A stretch of 54,632 nt of DNA from Bacteroidales bacterium (GTDB lineage: Bacteria; Bacteroidota; Bacteroidia; Bacteroidales; CAIWKO01), in the NCBI GenBank assembly GCA_035389045.1, contig DAOORA010000024.1, positions 1 to 54,632 of the forward strand. The letters are read 5' to 3'. The translations under genes and the position numbers were made by a program. Under the pieces are notes generated by a model. That model made no database searches, was not told the origin of the DNA, and was given only the letters and a program-made list of their open reading frames with translations. Below are positions 51,887 to 54,632 of the stretch, piece after piece. Positions within the stretch are counted from its first letter, which is position 1. Every line of letters begins with the position of its first letter.

Positions 51887-52152
51887 AATTTTTCAAATAT
51901 ATAACTTTATTTTAATATTAAAATTGTTTAGTTTGGAAAAAAGGTGGTGATAAAAAATCAACATTTCCCCAAAGATACCGTTAGAAATCCGGCAGCGGCG
52001 ATTTGTTGTTGAACTTTGACCCCTGAGAGTTAACCAAGAGCATTGCATATCAAATGATTAAGATAAAAACGGTGTCCGCGGCGGTCGACACCCGGGTAAA
52101 CTCTGACAAAAATATCTTTGGGGACTCCCTCAAAAACCTACCAAAAAAACAT

Positions 52153-53289
52153 TTATTTTTGAATGACAATATGTTTTGAGAAATTAACCGATGCTCCGGA
52201 TACTCTCAACAAATACACACCATTATGGAAATTATTACCATTCAATGAAATGTGATGAAATGTATCCTGGATTTGTTGGGAATACACCGAAGCTCCATAA
52301 ATAGAATATAATTCGACTTTTATTTTTTCTGATGTCCGGGCTAAGATCACGTTAATAAAATCTGATGCAGGATTTGGATAAGCCTGAATATTTTTTTCAA
52401 TATTCTGCAAAGCAACCTGTGAGGGTATTGTTTTTTGATGACGCCTGAAAAACATCCAGACTTCCATACATTCCGAAAAATCGTTTTCAGGAAGAGTCAA
52501 GATCGTATGTCCAGCGCCATTCATTCTATAAAACAACACTTCGGAATCCGGGTCACCATTAGTATAGGCATACTTATCTATGGTAATATTATCAGCCACT
52601 GCATCAGGTAAAACGTTATATTCCGGAACGGGATTGCACCCATTATTCAGCACCCAGAACTTCACCAGCGAATCTGCATCAATTCCGTAGGGATTTAGTA
52701 AATAAAAAACAGTATTGTCGAGTGTGCCATGAAAATGTGCAACAGGCAAACTGCAGCCGGGTTCAAACTGAGTAATACCGTACCCGATAGTTCCTGACAT
52801 GGACGCAAAAGCGGCAAATTTCTGATTGGATTGCAGGGCCATGCGTTCAGTCATAAAGCCCCCCATCGAAAACCCGCATATATAAATACGCGAAGGATCA
52901 ATAGCATAATTTGCCTCTGCCGTATCTACAAGAGCATTAATAAACCCGACATCATCAACGGAAGGATTAGGATAATACCCAAGATTACCGGCGCCTGAAT
53001 TCCATGCAGTGCCGACTATCGGATCAGCAATAGCCTGCGGGCTGATGACAATCATATTTGCCGTATCTGCTATGTTACTAAATCTGTCGCCAAAATACGA
53101 CATATCGTTGGCCAATCCATGAAGGGTAAGCACAAGTGACGCCGGAATCAAAGGATCATAATCTGCAGGTTGATATACCTTGTATTCTCTGTTTATGGAC
53201 CCAAAAATAAAAGATTTCGTCGACCACTGTGCGCCTGCATCCTTGCAGAGAAAAACAATCAGTAGCATTAAAAATATTTTCCTGACCAT
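52153..53289 (-). CDS. T9SS-secreted PHB-depolymerase/LpqC-like alpha/beta esterase, paralog 2
   Basis: LHGL, AWNSG, DDVGFI, GFSMGG nucleophile, HGT.D, GH; CTD YPNPA..GVYLLRV; start ATG 53289. Confidence 0.9.
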   Translation of the reverse strand: MVRKIFLMLLIVFLCKDAGAQWSTKSFIFGSINREYKVYQPADYDPLIPASLVLTLHGLANDMSYFGDRFSNIADTANMIVISPQAIADPIVGTAWNSGAGNLGYYPNPSVDDVGFINALVDTAEANYAIDPSRIYICGFSMGGFMTERMALQSNQKFAAFASMSGTIGYGITQFEPGCSLPVAHFHGTLDNTVFYLLNPYGIDADSLVKFWVLNNGCNPVPEYNVLPDAVADNITIDKYAYTNGDPDSEVLFYRMNGAGHTILTLPENDFSECMEVWMFFRRHQKTIPSQVALQNIEKNIQAYPNPASDFINVILARTSEKIKVELYSIYGASVYSQQIQDTFHHISLNGNNFHNGVYLLRVSGASVNFSKHIVIQK

Positions 53290-53349
53290 ATATTGGTTCG
53301 TATTTTTTATTATATCTGAAAAAATTAAGTTCTGCAAAAACCCAAAAAA

Positions 53350-54522
53350 TTACTTTTGTATCATAATTTGTTGAGTGAAATTAACAGAAACGCCGGATAC
53401 TCTTAACAAATACATCCCATTATGTATTTTATTACTATTCAGAGGAATATGATGAAAAGAATCCTGAATCTGCCCGGTATAAACCAATGCTCCCTGAATG
53501 GTAAATATTTCGACCTTTATTTTTTCAGATGTCCGGGGTAAGATTATATTGATAAAATCAGCAGCCGGGTTGGGATAAACCTGAATACCCTTTTCGATTT
53601 GCTGCTCCGGGACTTGTGCTGTAAGGTTGTGATGGCGCCTGAAAAAAGACCAGACTTCCAGAATTTCGGTCATATCATTGCCTGGTTGATATAATACGGT
53701 ATGCTCAGCGCCATTCATCCTGTAAAACAATACTTCAGCATCATTACCAGCACCATTATAGGTAAATTTATCAACGGTAATATTGTCGGCGGCTGCATCC
53801 ATAAAACGGACAGAGTCGGGAACCGGGTTGCATCCATTGTTTAAAACCCAGAAATTGATCAGTGAATCCGGATCTATGCCATATTCATTTCCGATATAAA
53901 ATACGGTAGAATCAGCCGTACCATGGAAATGTGCAATAGGTACAGCGCGTCCGGGATTATTGGATGTGATGCCGGAGCCAATCGTTCCGGACATGGAGGC
54001 AAATGCAGCAAAAGCCGTATTAGACTGCAGCGCCATGCGTTGTGTCATAAACCCACCCATAGAAAAACCGCATACATAGATGCGCGACGGATCGATGGAA
54101 TAATGTGCCCTCACAGTATCGGCAAGAGCATTGATAAACCCAATATCATTCACGCTTGCATTCGGGAAGTACCAGTTGCCCAGATAATTCACACCGGCCC
54201 CCGAATTCCATGCAGTACCATTACCAAATATGGCCGAAACCAGAGGGTCTTCAACAGCCTGAGGACATATCACTATTATGTTTGCTGTATCCGCAATATA
54301 ATTAAATCCCAGGGTGCTGAAATTTGCCATATTATCACCCAGGCCATGCAGCGTAAATACCAGCGATGCCGGGTTTGCCGGGTTATAACCTGGCGGCACA
54401 TACCTCATGTATGCTCTGTTCAACGAACCGAAAACAAATGTATTGCTTGTCCATTGTGCACTCACATTCAGACAACACATCGCAATAATTACAACTAAAA
54501 AAATTTTATTTAACATTTTCAT
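53350..54522 (-). CDS. T9SS-secreted PHB-depolymerase/LpqC-like alpha/beta esterase, paralog 1
   Basis: Signal peptide VSA-Q, LHGLG, GFSMGG, HGTAD, AEH; CTD VYPNPA..GMYLLRV; TAATTTTG promoter at 54558-54565. Confidence 0.9.
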   Translation of the reverse strand: MKMLNKIFLVVIIAMCCLNVSAQWTSNTFVFGSLNRAYMRYVPPGYNPANPASLVFTLHGLGDNMANFSTLGFNYIADTANIIVICPQAVEDPLVSAIFGNGTAWNSGAGVNYLGNWYFPNASVNDIGFINALADTVRAHYSIDPSRIYVCGFSMGGFMTQRMALQSNTAFAAFASMSGTIGSGITSNNPGRAVPIAHFHGTADSTVFYIGNEYGIDPDSLINFWVLNNGCNPVPDSVRFMDAAADNITVDKFTYNGAGNDAEVLFYRMNGAEHTVLYQPGNDMTEILEVWSFFRRHHNLTAQVPEQQIEKGIQVYPNPAADFINIILPRTSEKIKVEIFTIQGALVYTGQIQDSFHHIPLNSNKIHNGMYLLRVSGVSVNFTQQIMIQK

Positions 54523-54632
54523 AGTCCTGCCTATTTATTGTTCGCAAACCGTTCCTACAAAATTAGCACAATTCATTTAACATAGATTTTCATGTCAATA
54601 ATAGACCGTATTTATCTTTATAGATTTTACAA

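Noticed and set aside
52068..52092. 13-nt match AAACGGTGTCCGC shared with 6623-6635, plus a small GGTGTC/GACACC hairpin
   Set aside because: Too short to separate from chance without a genome-wide count.

Overview
A 54.6-kb chromosomal window from a Bacteroidota bacterium, probably Bacteroidales-like. The evidence is TAnnTTTG -7 promoters, T9SS C-terminal sorting domains, a short 287-aa primary sigma factor and DUF3467 after rpoC. Most of it is core genome: rpsU-xerC-raiA, tRNA Thr/Tyr/Gly/Thr-tuf-tRNA Trp-secE-nusG-rplKAJL-rpoBC, sdhCAB, rpsO-pnp-rpoD-rpe, phoH/purC and panB/RluA. Accessory parts are an amtB/porin/two-component unit, an SOD between two DUF2892 genes, T9SS cargo proteins and a GLPGLI/outer-membrane barrel pair. 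The most striking feature is an AT-rich four-helix-bundle (IVP/Avd-like) gene wedged between sdhA and sdhB. It is bracketed by two mutually complementary 7-nt tandem arrays, (AATAGCC)5 starting on the sdhA stop codon and (GGCTGAT)-type x4 before sdhB, which could fold the mRNA into an intervening-sequence-like stem. Other points: an 'empty' T9SS gene (signal peptide joined out of frame to a CTD tail), a degenerate DAHP-synthase/chorismate-mutase protein, several nested MITE/REP-like repeats, and strong Shine-Dalgarno motifs on only a few genes (raiA, amtB). No CRISPR array, transposase, reverse transcriptase or prophage was seen. All calls come from reading the sequence by eye; no searches were run.
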